Below the pieces are notes generated by a model. It made no database searches, was not told the origin of the DNA, and saw nothing but the letters and a program-made list of their open reading frames with translations. A program made the translations under genes and the position numbers. Shown here in pieces: positions 26,215 through 39,014 of a stretch of 64,000 nt of DNA (the stretch's first letter is position 1; every line of letters begins with the position of its first letter). The stretch is from Octopus vulgaris (taxonomy: Eukaryota), in contig OX597814.1 in assembly GCA_951406725.2 (NCBI GenBank), positions 177,568,001 through 177,632,000 of the forward strand, in the 5' to 3' direction.

Positions 26215-26605
26215 AGCATAGGTGTGTAGTAAGGTGTAATCAACGGCGTCGTTTTGAGTTCAGTCCCGTCGCGTGGCACCTTATGTAAGTATCTTCCACC
26301 ACAGCCCCAAGTCAATCAATGTCTTGTGAATTAATTTCGTTAATGGAAAATATGAGGAACCCTCTGGTATGTGTGTGTATTTGTGTCCGTGCTCGCGTTA
26401 GTGCTCGTCTCTAACCGATTTAGAACTGGTGTTCGGTTGTTGATATACCGGTAGCGTATTGCTTCACCATAAGAGATGGAGAAAGTGTTAACCATTTAAA
26501 AAATAAATAAGTACTTGGTTGGATTCGTTCAACTAAACCCTTCAAAGCGGTACCCCAGCATGGCCGCAGTGCAATAACTGAGACAAGCAAATGATAAAAG
26601 ATAAA
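26215..26605 (+). mobile_element. Old OK-like SINE
   Basis: gagttcagtcccgtcgcgtggcacc...ccagcatggccgcagt...actgagacaagc. Confidence 0.7.
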
Positions 26606-27930
26606 GAATCTAGGATGAACAATATAGGCTTCAAGATGATGCTGCATTCCTAACATTTTCTCCAATGGAAAGGCCATGGTTCTACAGAAATTATGGAGCA
26701 CTGAACGTTTGAAAGTCGGAGCATACCTAAGTTCGGAGACATTGAAAATTATATACCAGCTGTATAGCAATGTTCATTTACGCGTATTTATGATTTAAAT
26801 TTCTTTCTGCATTCTTACTATGGCAAAATTACTAAGATTTTGCTTTCTTTAAAAATTCATGCACTCAAGTTCATAAAATCCGACAAGAATAATAATTATA
26901 CAATGAACATTGGTCTGCACTCAGTTTCGTTTAGATGATTATTAAGGTGTTCGCTTTAAATACTTGCATTTAAAATATGTCTAATGGAGAGGGTATGTTC
27001 CTTTATCTTGAATATTGTTGCTTTTGATATTCCTTTGACGTCTAATTTGTGTATCTAGACAAACGGTATTCTTCTATTTGCAGATGGCGCATTCATTTCA
27101 CACAAACATTGACTATACAAAGGCATGCTGTTATGTCTGTTCACCACGGTTGACCTATGAATCTTCAAAATATCCATTTATTGTTATTACTTTTAATTAG
27201 CTGCTGGAAATCTAAAATTTCTTGTTAAAATTTTGTGGCTGCTGACATACACGTTTTGAAATTGTTTTCCAAAATCAGCATCTTCATATACTGAGTCTTC
27301 ATATGATGTGAAAAACTAGAGAGCACTAGTGAGCAACATCAATGAATACCTATTTATATATTTCTTGAGAGTCAATAATCCTATAGCGTTACAATAGTTA
27401 GAGTGTCGGGTAATATGTTTTGAGGTATTCATTCCAGCTCTGCCCCCTGTTCAATTTCATGGATGTGAAATTTGCCTTCCATTCTGTAAGGGTCTATAAA
27501 ATATGATTGAAGTACCGGTTTATTCTTCTCTCTCTGTCTGACTGTCTGTCTGTCCGTCTCTCTCTCTCTCTCGTTCTCTTGTTCACTCTTTTTCTGTCTT
27601 GGAGAAATCACCTGCGCTCAGACCAGGAGAAGGATGAGCTCCTTCAGGTTTAAAATGTCCACAACACGTTTATATATCTCGACGGCATCCTTGCAAATCC
27701 ACAAGAAGCTGAAGGTCAAACTACTACCACCACCAGTTCAATATCAATCTCACTTTTAGGAATGTACAGTCGTTCGGTGTTAGATCTATAGTGTAATCAT
27801 TATGATCAAATCACACTGGATTATATCACAAACTGATGTCAAAAATATTCGACATTTCAAAGCAGATTTCAATACATGGAAATAAAAGAAATAAAACATT
27901 TCATCGATAAAAATGTAGTAAAGAACATAC

Positions 27931-28152
27931 CTAATGCACATACAAGAAGTGCATGGATTAACGTGACGGCCACGCAAACTCGTACGAAATCCTGCATTGT
28001 TACCATTATGAATTTTGATGTCACAAACCCTGCAATAATTCGAATCTTAAGCAAACACTTTGAGAAATCCCGTCCATCGCATGGCGAAATCTCATATGAG
28101 GCCCTTTTGGTTGTCCTGTCACTTTGGGCATTCAGCCAGTTTTTTTTCGACT
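27931..28152 (-). CDS. Host-gene exon encoding a probable signal peptide (ATG 28006: MVTMQDFVRVCVAVTLIHALLVCAL, phase-1 intron); product unknown, likely secreted or cell-surface
   Basis: Branch point CTAAT (28186-28182), polypyrimidine tract ttcttctttatatttcttcttcgtttCAG, donor TAG|GTATGT at 27931/27930. Frame is open across the whole 222-nt exon. ATG context has A at -3 and G at +4. Confidence 0.65.
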
Positions 28153-29790
28153 CTGAAACGAAGAAGAAATATAAAGAAGAAATTAGATATCAGAAATTTG
28201 AAACAAATCAAGCAGAATTCTTAGATGTTTTATACCAGAGTCTCATACACACATATACTTAGATATATGAACTTAGACGCAGATAACACAGACATAAATA
28301 GAAAAATACACCTACGAATATATATGGTTCAACCTCACTATTTAACAGCGTATGGTAGATTTTTAGCATTAAAAATTAGGTTTAATATCAATAATTTGAT
28401 TTCAGTGTGTGGTGCTGTGTGTGTTTGTGTGCATATATATATATAAATACACACAGATACATACATACATACATACATACATACATACATACATACATAC
28501 ATACATACACACACACATATATATATATATAAATGTATGTACACATATATATACATACATATACACATATACATATATGTATATACGTGTATATACACAT
28601 ATACATATATATATATATATATACATAAACACATATATATACATATATGTACACATGTACACATATATATACATATACACATATACATATATGTATATAC
28701 GTGTATATACACATATACATACATATATATACATAAACACATATATACATATATATAATATATATAATATGTATACAATTATGTATATATACACATCCAT
28801 ATATATACATACTTATATATACACACATACATATATATATATATACATACATACGTATATTTATACATATATGTATGTGTGTATATATATATAAACATAT
28901 ATTCAGAGAGATATATCTGTGTATGTGTGTGTATATATATATATATATATAAATTGAATCTTTGTGCGTATGACATATGCATAGATACACATGTATTTGT
29001 GTGTTTGTGTCTGTGTATATGTGTGTATATGTGTGTGTATGTGTGTGTGTGTTGTTGATGTTTGTATACTCAGAGAGAATGACACATAGGTTGAGAGTGG
29101 GCTAGAGACAGATGGAATGAGATGTTGAGATTTGCAAATTAGGAAAAGTTCGAACGAATACGTAGCAATTCTAGACTGGAAAACATTTGGCACATTCCAT
29201 TATTTGCTGTATTACGGAGAAAATATCAAATTGTTGGACTGTCTGGGAAAATAATATTATTTGGCTGTACTTCCAAGAATGAAAACATATAAATCGACAT
29301 AAAGTGATATTATAATAAAAGTTATTTTCATATATCCATATAAAGCACTGGGAATTCAGACAGTCGATAAAATGGGTTTCTTTTCCGACTCCTAGATATA
29401 TGTAATTTGTTTCTGTGTGTGTGTGTGTGTGTGTGTCTGTGTGTGTGTGTGAGAGAGAGAGAGAGAATCTGTGTGTGTGTGTATAAAATACATGTGAAAG
29501 TGCATGGCCTAGCGGTTGGGGCGTTGCACTCACGATCCCGTAGATCGTGGTTTCGACTCCTAGAAGTAGTGATGCGTTCTATTCTTGAGCAAAAAAAAAA
29601 AAAAACAAACAAAAAAAAAAACACACTTCATTTCGCGTTTCTATACAATCACGCTTATACGCATGTACACGGAAATCTCGATTTCATCGATGATGTGAGT
29701 TTTATGTGACCGCGATAAACAAAGCAACCTTTGCGCTCTTTCAGCAACGACGGCATAGCTAGTAACACAAAAACACTCGCATATGTTTTT

Positions 29791-30200
29791 GGCGCAGGAG
29801 TGGCTGTGTGGTAAGTAGCTTGCTAACCAACCACATGGTTGCGGGTTCAGTCCCACTGCGTGGCATCTTGGGCGAGTGTCTTCTGCTATAGCCCCGGACC
29901 GACCAATGCCTTGTGAGTGGATTTGGTAGACGGAAACTGAAAGAAGCCTGTCGTATATATGTATATATATATATGTGTGTGTGTGTGTGTTTGTGTGTCT
30001 GTGTTTGTCCCCCTAGTATTGCTTGACAACCGATGCTGGTGTGTCTACGTCCCCGCCACTTAGCGGTTCGGCAAAAGAGACCGATAGAATAAGTACTGGG
30101 CTTACAAAGAATAAGTTCTGGGGTCGATTTGATCGACTAAAGGCGGTGCTCCAGCATGGCTGCAGTCAAATGACTGAAACAAGTAAAAGAGTAAAGAGTA
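29791..30200 (+). mobile_element. Full-length OK-like tRNA-SINE
   Basis: ggcgcaggagtggctgtgtgg head, internal (AT)/(GT) tract, gtaaaaga tail. Confidence 0.92.
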
Positions 30201-30203
30201 TAT

Positions 30204-30400
30204 CTTTTTTACTTGTTTCAGTCATTTAACTGTGGCCATGCTGAAGCACAGCCTTTAGTTGAGCAAGTCGACCCCAGAACCTATTCTTTGTACTTATTCT
30301 ATCGGTCTCTTTTGCCGAACCGCTAGGCTACGGGGACGTAAACACACCGGCATCGGTTATCAAGCGATGTTGCGGGGGGGGGACAAACAGAGACACACAA
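30204..30400 (-). mobile_element. OK-like SINE 3' half, tail-to-tail with the previous copy
   Basis: ttttacttgtttcagtcattt...ttttgccgaaccgcta...ggacaaacagagacacac. Confidence 0.88.
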
Positions 30401-30406
30401 ACGCAT

Positions 30407-30454
<48 letters not shown>

Positions 30455-30679
30455 GTATGTAGATAGCATGTATATAGACATCTGTGTGTAATGTGTTACT
30501 AAAAAAAAACGAAAATTATAATTGTCACTAAATATGACTAAGGTGTTAGAACTGCTACGTTGCTAGAAATAAGAGGTAAAAAGTTCCACTGCTGTAGTTA
30601 AAACACACACCCACACACACATGCACCACCCCATATATAAGATATGTAAATGTATATATATATATATACATACAGATAT

Positions 30680-30733
<54 letters not shown>

Positions 30734-30810
30734 GTGTATAAGTATGTGTATATTCTTGATGTAAAATCGTGCATTGAAAGAAATGTTTCCAATTAAAATT
30801 ACATTCATAC

Positions 30811-31002
30811 AACAGAGAGAAGCCTACATCGATACACTATAAACATTCCAAAGATGAACATGGCAGTTTGATAGGAAACATCATGATAAGAGTCATTCCT
30901 ACACACCCACACAACTCATTATTCCGACAAGTTACAGAAGCAATCCACAAACTGGAAATAGAATTAAAACATACCTACTTCTTCAATATAAATCAAGATT
31001 AG
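30811..31002 (+). pseudogene. PLE GIY-YIG endonuclease C-terminal remnant
   Basis: NREKPTSIHYKHSKDEHGS...IRVIPTHPHNSLFRQVTEAIH, showing the SxxxKHxxxxH...RQxxEA pattern. Confidence 0.6.
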
Positions 31003-31294
31003 TATGACAAAAATTTACCCCATCCCACCACATCAATTACCACCAGACCAGACGAACACCACCCCTACCACATCTAGGCATAAATAGTGCCCAACAGTCC
31101 CAGTAACCTAAACAAATTAACAATAAATGGGAGTATGATGACTTAAACATATCTCACACAAAGCACACCAATACATAGCCACAGGTATGTAACGTATACT
31201 TTTGATACAAAAACAATCTATGAATAGTACAATATTACAATGATACGATATATAATAAAAGGCTAACCATCTGTGAAATTATACACAGATTGAC

Positions 31295-31336
<42 letters not shown>

Positions 31337-31521
31337 CTACATGTAAGTGTGTATATATGTAGGCGTGCGAGTGTGTGTGCGTTGGCATGTAAGAAAATAA
31401 GTTGACCTAAGAACTTTTGTGGTAAGCACATGAATGGGAAACAATATATGACAAGACAGAAACCACTTGACAAAACGAAAAACCAACAATGGATCCATAA
31501 CAACAATGATAAATATATTCC

Positions 31522-31569
<48 letters not shown>

Positions 31570-31695
31570 CAAAAACATATACACGTATATATACATGTAC
31601 ACATGCATATATAGGTATATATATGTATTTATATTCATATATATATATATATATATATTTATATGTACATATATGTATATATACATATATGTATG

Positions 31696-31729
<34 letters not shown>

Positions 31730-31849
31730 AAAACATATACACGTATATATACATGTACACATGCATATATAGGTATATATATGTATGTATTTATATTCAT
31801 ACATATGTATATATGTATATTTATATGCACAAATGTGTATATATATATG

Positions 31850-31880
<31 letters not shown>

Positions 31881-31927
31881 TAAATATGCACATATAAGTA
31901 TATACATATATATATATGTACATATAT

Positions 31928-32142
31928 CTCTTTTTACTCTTTTTACTTGTTTCAGTCATTTGACTGCGGCCATGCTGGAGCACCGCCTTTAGTCGAGCAA
32001 CTCGACCCCGGGACTTATTCTTTTTGTAAGCCCAGTACTTATTATATCGGTCTCTTTTTGCCGAACCGCTAAGTGACGGGGACCGTAAACACACCAGCAT
32101 CGGTTGTCAAGCAATGCTAGGGGAACAAACACAGACACACAA

Positions 32143-32204
<62 letters not shown>

Positions 32205-32366
32205 GACAGGCTTCTTTCAGTTTCCGTCTACCAAATCCACTCACAAGGCATTGGTCGGCCCGGGGCTATAGTAGAAGACACTTGCGCAAGATGCCACACA
32301 GTGGGACTGAACCCGGAACCATGTGGTTGGTTAGCAAGCTACTTACCACACAGCCACTCCTGCGCC
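31928..32366 (-). mobile_element. Full-length OK-like tRNA-SINE
   Basis: Reverse complement of the 29791 copy, in AT-rich microsatellite. Confidence 0.92.
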
Positions 32367-32784
32367 ATATATACATATATACACATATATATACATATAT
32401 ATATATATGTACATATATATATGTATATATATATATGTGTGTGTGTGTGTATCGACGCCATAGTGATATGTGGGCATCTGATGATGGAGGTGTATCATGT
32501 TGGTGTCACTGTTCTTGTACGTAACTATAAAGTATCAGAAGAAGATTTATTTAGATACAGATCAAAGAGCCAATATCAATGTGTGTATTTTACAGCATAG
32601 AGAGGGTACAGTAGGAGCACACCCTTGTTGATAACGTCAGAGGCGACGACGACAGATCTTAAGAAAACAATTAATCAATTACATTATCAAATAATTCACT
32701 AATTATTTAATGAATCGATAATAAAATCTCATTGGAAAAATGCGTTTATGTTATATAGGGCAGTATGACCGTCCCAAAGCACAG

Positions 32785-32838
<54 letters not shown>

Positions 32839-32999
32839 GTTCACTGCTAACTACCGGGTAGTTAGTATCATAGAAGAAACTAATAATATATTTTGTTCGT
32901 GTCTCTATCTCGTTACTCTGAGTTTCAAATTCTCTCTACCCACAAGAGAAACTCAGACTAGCAAGGAACGTGCCTTGAATACAATATCTTTATCTATCC

Positions 33000-33185
33000 G
33001 TGGAGGTGGCACGTAAAAAGCACCATTTGAGCGTGAACGTTACCAGCATTCAGTTGTAGAAACTTTGCCAGATCAGATTGGAGTCTTGTACAGCCATCTG
33101 GTTCACCAGTCCTCAGTTACCTCGTCCAACCTATGCTAGCATGGAAAGCGGACGTTAAGCGATGATGATGATGATGATGATGATG

Positions 33186-33187
<2 letters not shown>
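33000..33187 (+). mobile_element. SINE 3' fragment with RTE-type tail and (GAT)n
   Basis: gtccaacctatgctagcatggaaagcggacgttaagcgatgatgatg. Confidence 0.6.
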
Positions 33188-33280
<93 letters not shown>

Positions 33281-33802
33281 GTGGTTTTGGTAGACAGATA
33301 CTGAAAGAAGCCTATTGTACACACGCACACACACACACACAGTTATATTAGGTTGCTTCACTTGAAATGTCACATTGGAAAGGCAATGTTTCAGAAGTGC
33401 TAGAGAACTGATTTATTTAATCTACGTATGATCCATGTTCATTTATGACGTTTACCCAACGTTTCTCTATATTTTATCTTGTAAAAAATTCATTTTCATG
33501 AGGTCTGTGGGTACGAATTTTGTATACTGATAGTGTTGGGAAAGAAAAAGTGTCAAGATTAAATGCAAGGTATACATAATAGAGTTTTTAAATGACTGAA
33601 ATAACAAGTAATTAGGCACAGGCGTGGCTGTGTGGAAAGAAACTTCTTTCTCAACCACATGGTTCCTGATTCACTCTTACTGCGAGGCAGTTTGGGCAAG
33701 TAGTTTCTAGTATAGTCTTATGTCGACCACAGACTTGTGAATAGATTTGGAAGACGGAAATTGAAAGAAGCCAGTCGTTTATATATATATATATATATAT
33801 AT

Positions 33803-33987
33803 GGAGAGTTTACGAAAACAGGTGGGGTACAAAACAAACAGATGTATTAGTAAAACGCTCAGGAATAGAAAAAGTATTTTACATTTCGAGCCTACGCTCT
33901 TCTACAGAAAGGGACACACAAAAAACAAGGAGAGAAAAAAACGTGTGTAGTGGCTAACGATCTATCATGGCGACTAGTGCCGGACAT
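33803..33987 (-). mobile_element. Family-B PLE-like short repeat with hammerhead-like motif (33876-33911)
   Basis: CUUU-CUGUAGA-A-GAGC-guag-GCUC-GAAA-UG-UA-AAAU; homologous to 18920-19040; inserted in (AT)n. Confidence 0.7.
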
Positions 33988-34330
33988 ATATATATATATA
34001 TATGCATGTGTGTGTGTGTGTGTGTGTGTGTGAGTCTTTGCCCCTCATATTATTAATAGATATTTATGCAGCAGATGCCCCTGAATATTTCCGCAATAAA
34101 TTATACAGTATTGTTGTGAGTGTATGCAAGTGATATTATAGTCGTTTATTGCAACATCGTGCTATCATTGTATGTACAATGATATTTTTTCTGCCTTGCT
34201 ATATGTTATATGAGTACATTTGTTAGTTCTTTCGTAATATCTGAAATGTTATTGTTATTGTTAGAGCAAATGTGCTGCATGAAAATCTGCATTGCTAAAA
34301 CAACACATTAAGACAGAGATACAAGCAGCA

Positions 34331-34367
<37 letters not shown>

Positions 34368-34446
34368 TTGTATAAATATGCACTCCCGTAAATATATATA
34401 TATATGTTACCGAATCAGTCATTGATTCCCATGGTATTTTCTATAA

Positions 34447-34576
34447 ACTGACAAGGCGAGTTGAATTTAACCCTACGCACCGGAGTAAGTTTCACTGATC
34501 AGGATTAATTCAATCCGAAATCATCGATGATCTGACGCTGATCGCTTGCTGTAGGGAGGTTGTCTCCCTTGTCAGT
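34447..34576 (+). ncRNA. Type-I hammerhead-like motif on a long rod, within a ~370-bp (TAA)n-tailed element (34407-34773)
   Basis: UCA-CUGAUCA-GGAUU-aauuc-AAUCC-GAAA-UCAUCGAUGA-UC-UGA; outer stems cccuac/guaggg and acugacaagg/ccuugucagu. Confidence 0.65.
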
Positions 34577-34723
34577 CCAGAGATAAGTGCTATGCCTGTG
34601 GTTAAGAATTGTTTGGAATCCTATTCTTATTTCTAGCAATGGTGGTGCCTATTTGCACCCTAGTTACTTTAGTGACGATTGAACTTCTATCTTTTGGTTT
34701 CTAAATCGCGACAAACCACTTTG

Positions 34724-34812
<89 letters not shown>

Positions 34813-34851
34813 AAAAAGGAGATGTGGAACACGAGTTGTGATATATAAAAA

Positions 34852-35170
34852 GGAAATGAAGAAAATGCTGACAAAATAATTTAAGTAATTTAAGTAATTT
34901 AATTAGGTGAAAGTTCTTTTTACCGGTTGCGCATTTGTTATGCTTATCAAAATATATTTTTTAAAGAGAGATTAGAGTTCCTTTTCTGATAGATTTTTTC
35001 CTCTTATCTGGACGTTAAGAGGAAAAAATCTATCAGAAAAGGAACTCTAATCTCTCTTTAAAAAATATATTTTGATAAGCATAACAAATGCGCAACCGGT
35101 AAAAAGAACTTTCACCTAATTAAATTACTTAAATTACTTAAATTATTTTGTCAGCATTTTCTTCATTTCC
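34852..35170. repeat. Perfect palindrome with 155-bp arms and a 9-nt spacer; each arm carries a U3-A8 hammerhead-like motif
   Basis: 34852-35006 is the exact reverse complement of 35016-35170. Motif UUGAUAA-GCAU-aacaa-AUGC-GCAA-CCGG-UA at 35072-35101 (+), mirrored at 34921-34950 (-). Confidence 0.92.
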
Positions 35171-35849
35171 GTTATATATATATATATATATATATATAGT
35201 TTCTCTATGCATGTGTGTGTGTGTATGTGTTTGTGTGTGTATGTGTGTGTGTGAGAGAGAGAGAGAGTGTGTGTGTGTGAGATATATAGATACATGCACA
35301 CTCGCATAAAATCATACATATATACTGAAAACCTCCACAGAAGTTGTGATATTTTCAGGCTCTGCTTACGGAAAATGAAGGATATAAAAGCATGAGATGA
35401 ATACAGACAGTCTTTGAGTATTGAATAATTATCTTGCACAGCACCTGCTAGACAACAGGAGCGGAAATAAGTACGTAGCCTAATGCCGAAAAGCGTGTCG
35501 GCAGTGATCTCCTAAGGAAGCATCCTGTTCCTGACGATCTTCCATATAACCTTTAACATCTGAATTAACCTCCCAAAAAGAAGTCCTGGTTGGGAAACTT
35601 TCGGTATACAAAATAATAAAAAACCAGGAAACGATTATGCCTGGATGTATATTCCGACGACTTGAAGATGACAGTAATATGGACGTGCAGTTCATCCTTT
35701 CATTGAATTCCGACAGTTATGTCGTATCACACATTTAAGGCTATAATTTTGCAATTCGAGAACAGATGATTAATTAAAAAAATACTTAATTAATAAAATA
35801 GTCAGTAAAGTCTTTTGATTCCCAACATGTAACTGACAACATCAATTAT

Positions 35850-37600
35850 GCCACATTTCAGTGTAAGATACCACACACGTAATGAGCAGCTGCCACAAAT
35901 GGTCAAATTACTACCTCTCTTTGCGACGCGACGTTGTCTGAAGGACAATATACAATGCCAACCGAGGAATAAGCATCCTGAGACAAATGGAAAGAAATCC
36001 CTGCCTTTGAATACATACATTAATATCAACTCAAGGAATATTGGTGGAACACTTCCTTTAATACTTCTACCAAGAGCAAAAATAACAGGTCGGATAGTGT
36101 TGTCTGTGACATTAGAGAAACCAGTTGTCTCGCTGATGTGTACTCACAGAGAAATGGAACAACTACAGAAAACTGCTTCGAAATGTTCAGGTTCTATATC
36201 CAGATTATCAATTCCCATCTATGGATATTTTGTGAGTAAACGCGTTAGTGACAATCTGTTAACATATACATTACAATTACAATTGTAAGTGGGGCAATAA
36301 AGATATGCAAGACTTTTCTCAAGTCCAAAATGTAAATTTGTTTTTATTGATATTCCAATGATGGAATTTTGTATGTTTGTTAGAAACCAGACCCTTCTTT
36401 ATAAGAAGACTTCAAATAATTTGAAGCAGAACACACACACACACACATTATGTGTACACTTAAAAAAATGCAGTAACGAACACAAATAACCTTATACTGA
36501 AAGTGTAATATATTTACGGAAACTGAAAAACAAAAAAATATGAGAAGTACAATGTAAAACAGTTTCTAAATCTGCTGTAATATGGTATTAATTACAAAGT
36601 AGTGTATATGAAAATGGAGTTAAGGAATGACAGGTGCCAGAGTAGGGAAGGAAGAAATGAGTAAAATTCAAGGAAGAAGTGACTAGGACAAGCCGGGGAG
36701 GTTGAAGTAAAGTGGTACTTTAAAAAAAAAAACGAATGAGAAAAAACAAATAAATAGCAAGTGTGCTGCTTCCGTAAAAGGAAAATTGTCTTCATATTAT
36801 TCGGAAAAAAATGGAAAGGAGAAATTACACGCATTGTTTATTTTCTCTTGTGTGTTTTATGCTTGGATAAGCAGTTAAACATATTTAAAGAGAATCAACT
36901 TCCTTATGCACACAAGATGGCAAGTTTGAACAGCAGTCAAGAAATTGGAGATCGGAAAATTTTATTGTTAAACATTCATAAATGCAAAACATACAGCCTA
37001 TTGGTATGGTTGCTATAAGTTTTGGTACAACACATAATTGTCTATGTGATGACTTAGTTTAAATTATTAGAGTTAGGCTTCTCCATAGACAAACTTAAGT
37101 CAGCGCTTCTATGTTGACCGTGAACAAGTTTAAAGTTGCTGATTGTAAGATAATTTTGCTGAAATCTAGATAAACTGATGAATGATTTAGAAAGTGTTGG
37201 TTTCAGCTGTAGTGTAGTAAATAATCCCCTTAAAATAGATTTATTATCAAAATTTGCATTTATTCGATAGATACAGTTGCTTGTTTGTCAGTGTCTGGCT
37301 GATATAGAGGTGCTAAGTCTGATACAATCCGTGCTAGATAAAACTGTGTAAAATTAACTGCAGAGAGTTTGATAAATTGTTAAACATTTTATAGTATGTA
37401 GAGTGATGAGAGGAAATACTTTTTAAAGATTTGGACTACATGAGTAGGAAATTGGTTAAATAGAGCGTTGAAATGGGTGGTGTTAGCTTTTCTGATTATG
37501 TGACTCATGAGATGGTGGGTTGTAGAAAAGTTCATTCATGTTAAAGAAATACAATGTAAATTTAGCAGTATTACAAAAAGAATTTTGGATGTCACTTTAA
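35850..37600 (+). pseudogene. Possible ancient, highly decayed L1/Tx1-like LINE
   Basis: Only vague ORF1-like (GRIVLSVTLEKP...decayed knuckle) and RAL...WW-like remnants; boundaries uncertain. Confidence 0.25.
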
Positions 37601-38492
37601 TCCACCACAGCAGAAGGCCTGTTGAACTATTCCACAAACATACATTGGCATTCTAATGATTCAAAACTTATATTACACCACTGAGTTAAAAATATTTCCA
37701 TCCTTCTTTTACAAATATTATTTATCGAATTCTCCAATAGAAAACCACTTTCCCGTCACTGACAAATGTGTACGAACTAGTGAATCTGCCATGCTTGCGC
37801 TTAATTGTTTTAGATACCTGTGCAATTGCGAACAGACTGAAACATCCTCTCAAGCTTCCATCCTTGGCTCACTTAAATATCGAACATATAATCATTGGTG
37901 GGAAGGAGTACGGAATTTTGGCTTGCACACACGTATTATGCCTTAGTAAACTGGTACAGATGTGCTTTGTGCACGGCCGTAAAGCTTTACCTGGTCCAGA
38001 AATTGAAATCATGACCTTATAACAGTATGCCAAGCATTCCAAATTCTTGGCTACTAGTCTTAATTCTCCAAGAAAGATACGATATGTAGAAATAAACAAA
38101 ATATCCCACGCACAATTCCTCAAGGATTCTAGTGGTTTATCCTCTCGCATAACCAACAATTTTTTACGCCTGCAGGCAAAATCATAAACTTTTCGCAAAA
38201 TCATTTCCTCATTCATCATAATACACTAGCTTTAAATATATTCAATAAATGGATTTCTATTACAAACTGCGAATCATATATAGGTGACCTTCTTAAAATA
38301 TCACTTTCTACTTTAGGCACAAGGCCTGAAATTTCAGGGGAAGGAGAAACGCGATTACATCGACCCCAGTGCTCAACTAGTACTTATTTTATATAACCCG
38401 AAAGGATGAGAAGCACGGGCACCCATGGCAGAATTTGCATAGCGAAAGCCAAACCGGTCAATATATTAAGAATTATATTAAAACTATGTAAA

Positions 38493-38543
<51 letters not shown>

Positions 38544-38546
<3 letters not shown>

Positions 38547-38957
38547 TCTTTTACTCTTTTACTCTTTTACTTGTTTCAGTCATTTGACTGCGGCCATGCT
38601 GGAGCACCGCCTTTAATCGAGCAACTCGACCCCGGGACTTATTCTTTTGTAAGCCCAGTACTTATTCTATCGGTCTCTTTTGCCGAACCGCTAAGTAACG
38701 GGGACGTAAACACACCAGCATCGGTTGTCAAGCAATGCTAGAGGGACAAACACAGACACACAAACACACACACACGCATATATATATACATATATACGAC
38801 AGGCTTCTTTCAGTTTCCGTCTACCAAATCCACTCACAAGGCTTTGGTCGGCCCGAGGCTATAGTAGAAGACACTTGCCCAAGGTGCCACACAGTGGGAT
38901 TGAACCCGGAACCATGTGATTGGTAAACAAGCTACTTACCACACAGCCACTCCTGCG

Positions 38958-38959
<2 letters not shown>
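38544..38959 (-). mobile_element. Full-length OK-like tRNA-SINE
   Basis: Near-identical to 31928-32366; flanked by (AT)n on both sides. Confidence 0.92.

Positions 38960-39014
<55 letters not shown>

Noticed and set aside
27876-28262. 128-aa plus-strand ORF
   Set aside because: Antisense shadow of the minus-strand exon; splice signals support the minus strand.
35480-35695. 71-aa minus-strand ORF with a hydrophobic segment
   Set aside because: No recognisable domain or good splice sites; adjacent to probable decayed retroelement sequence.
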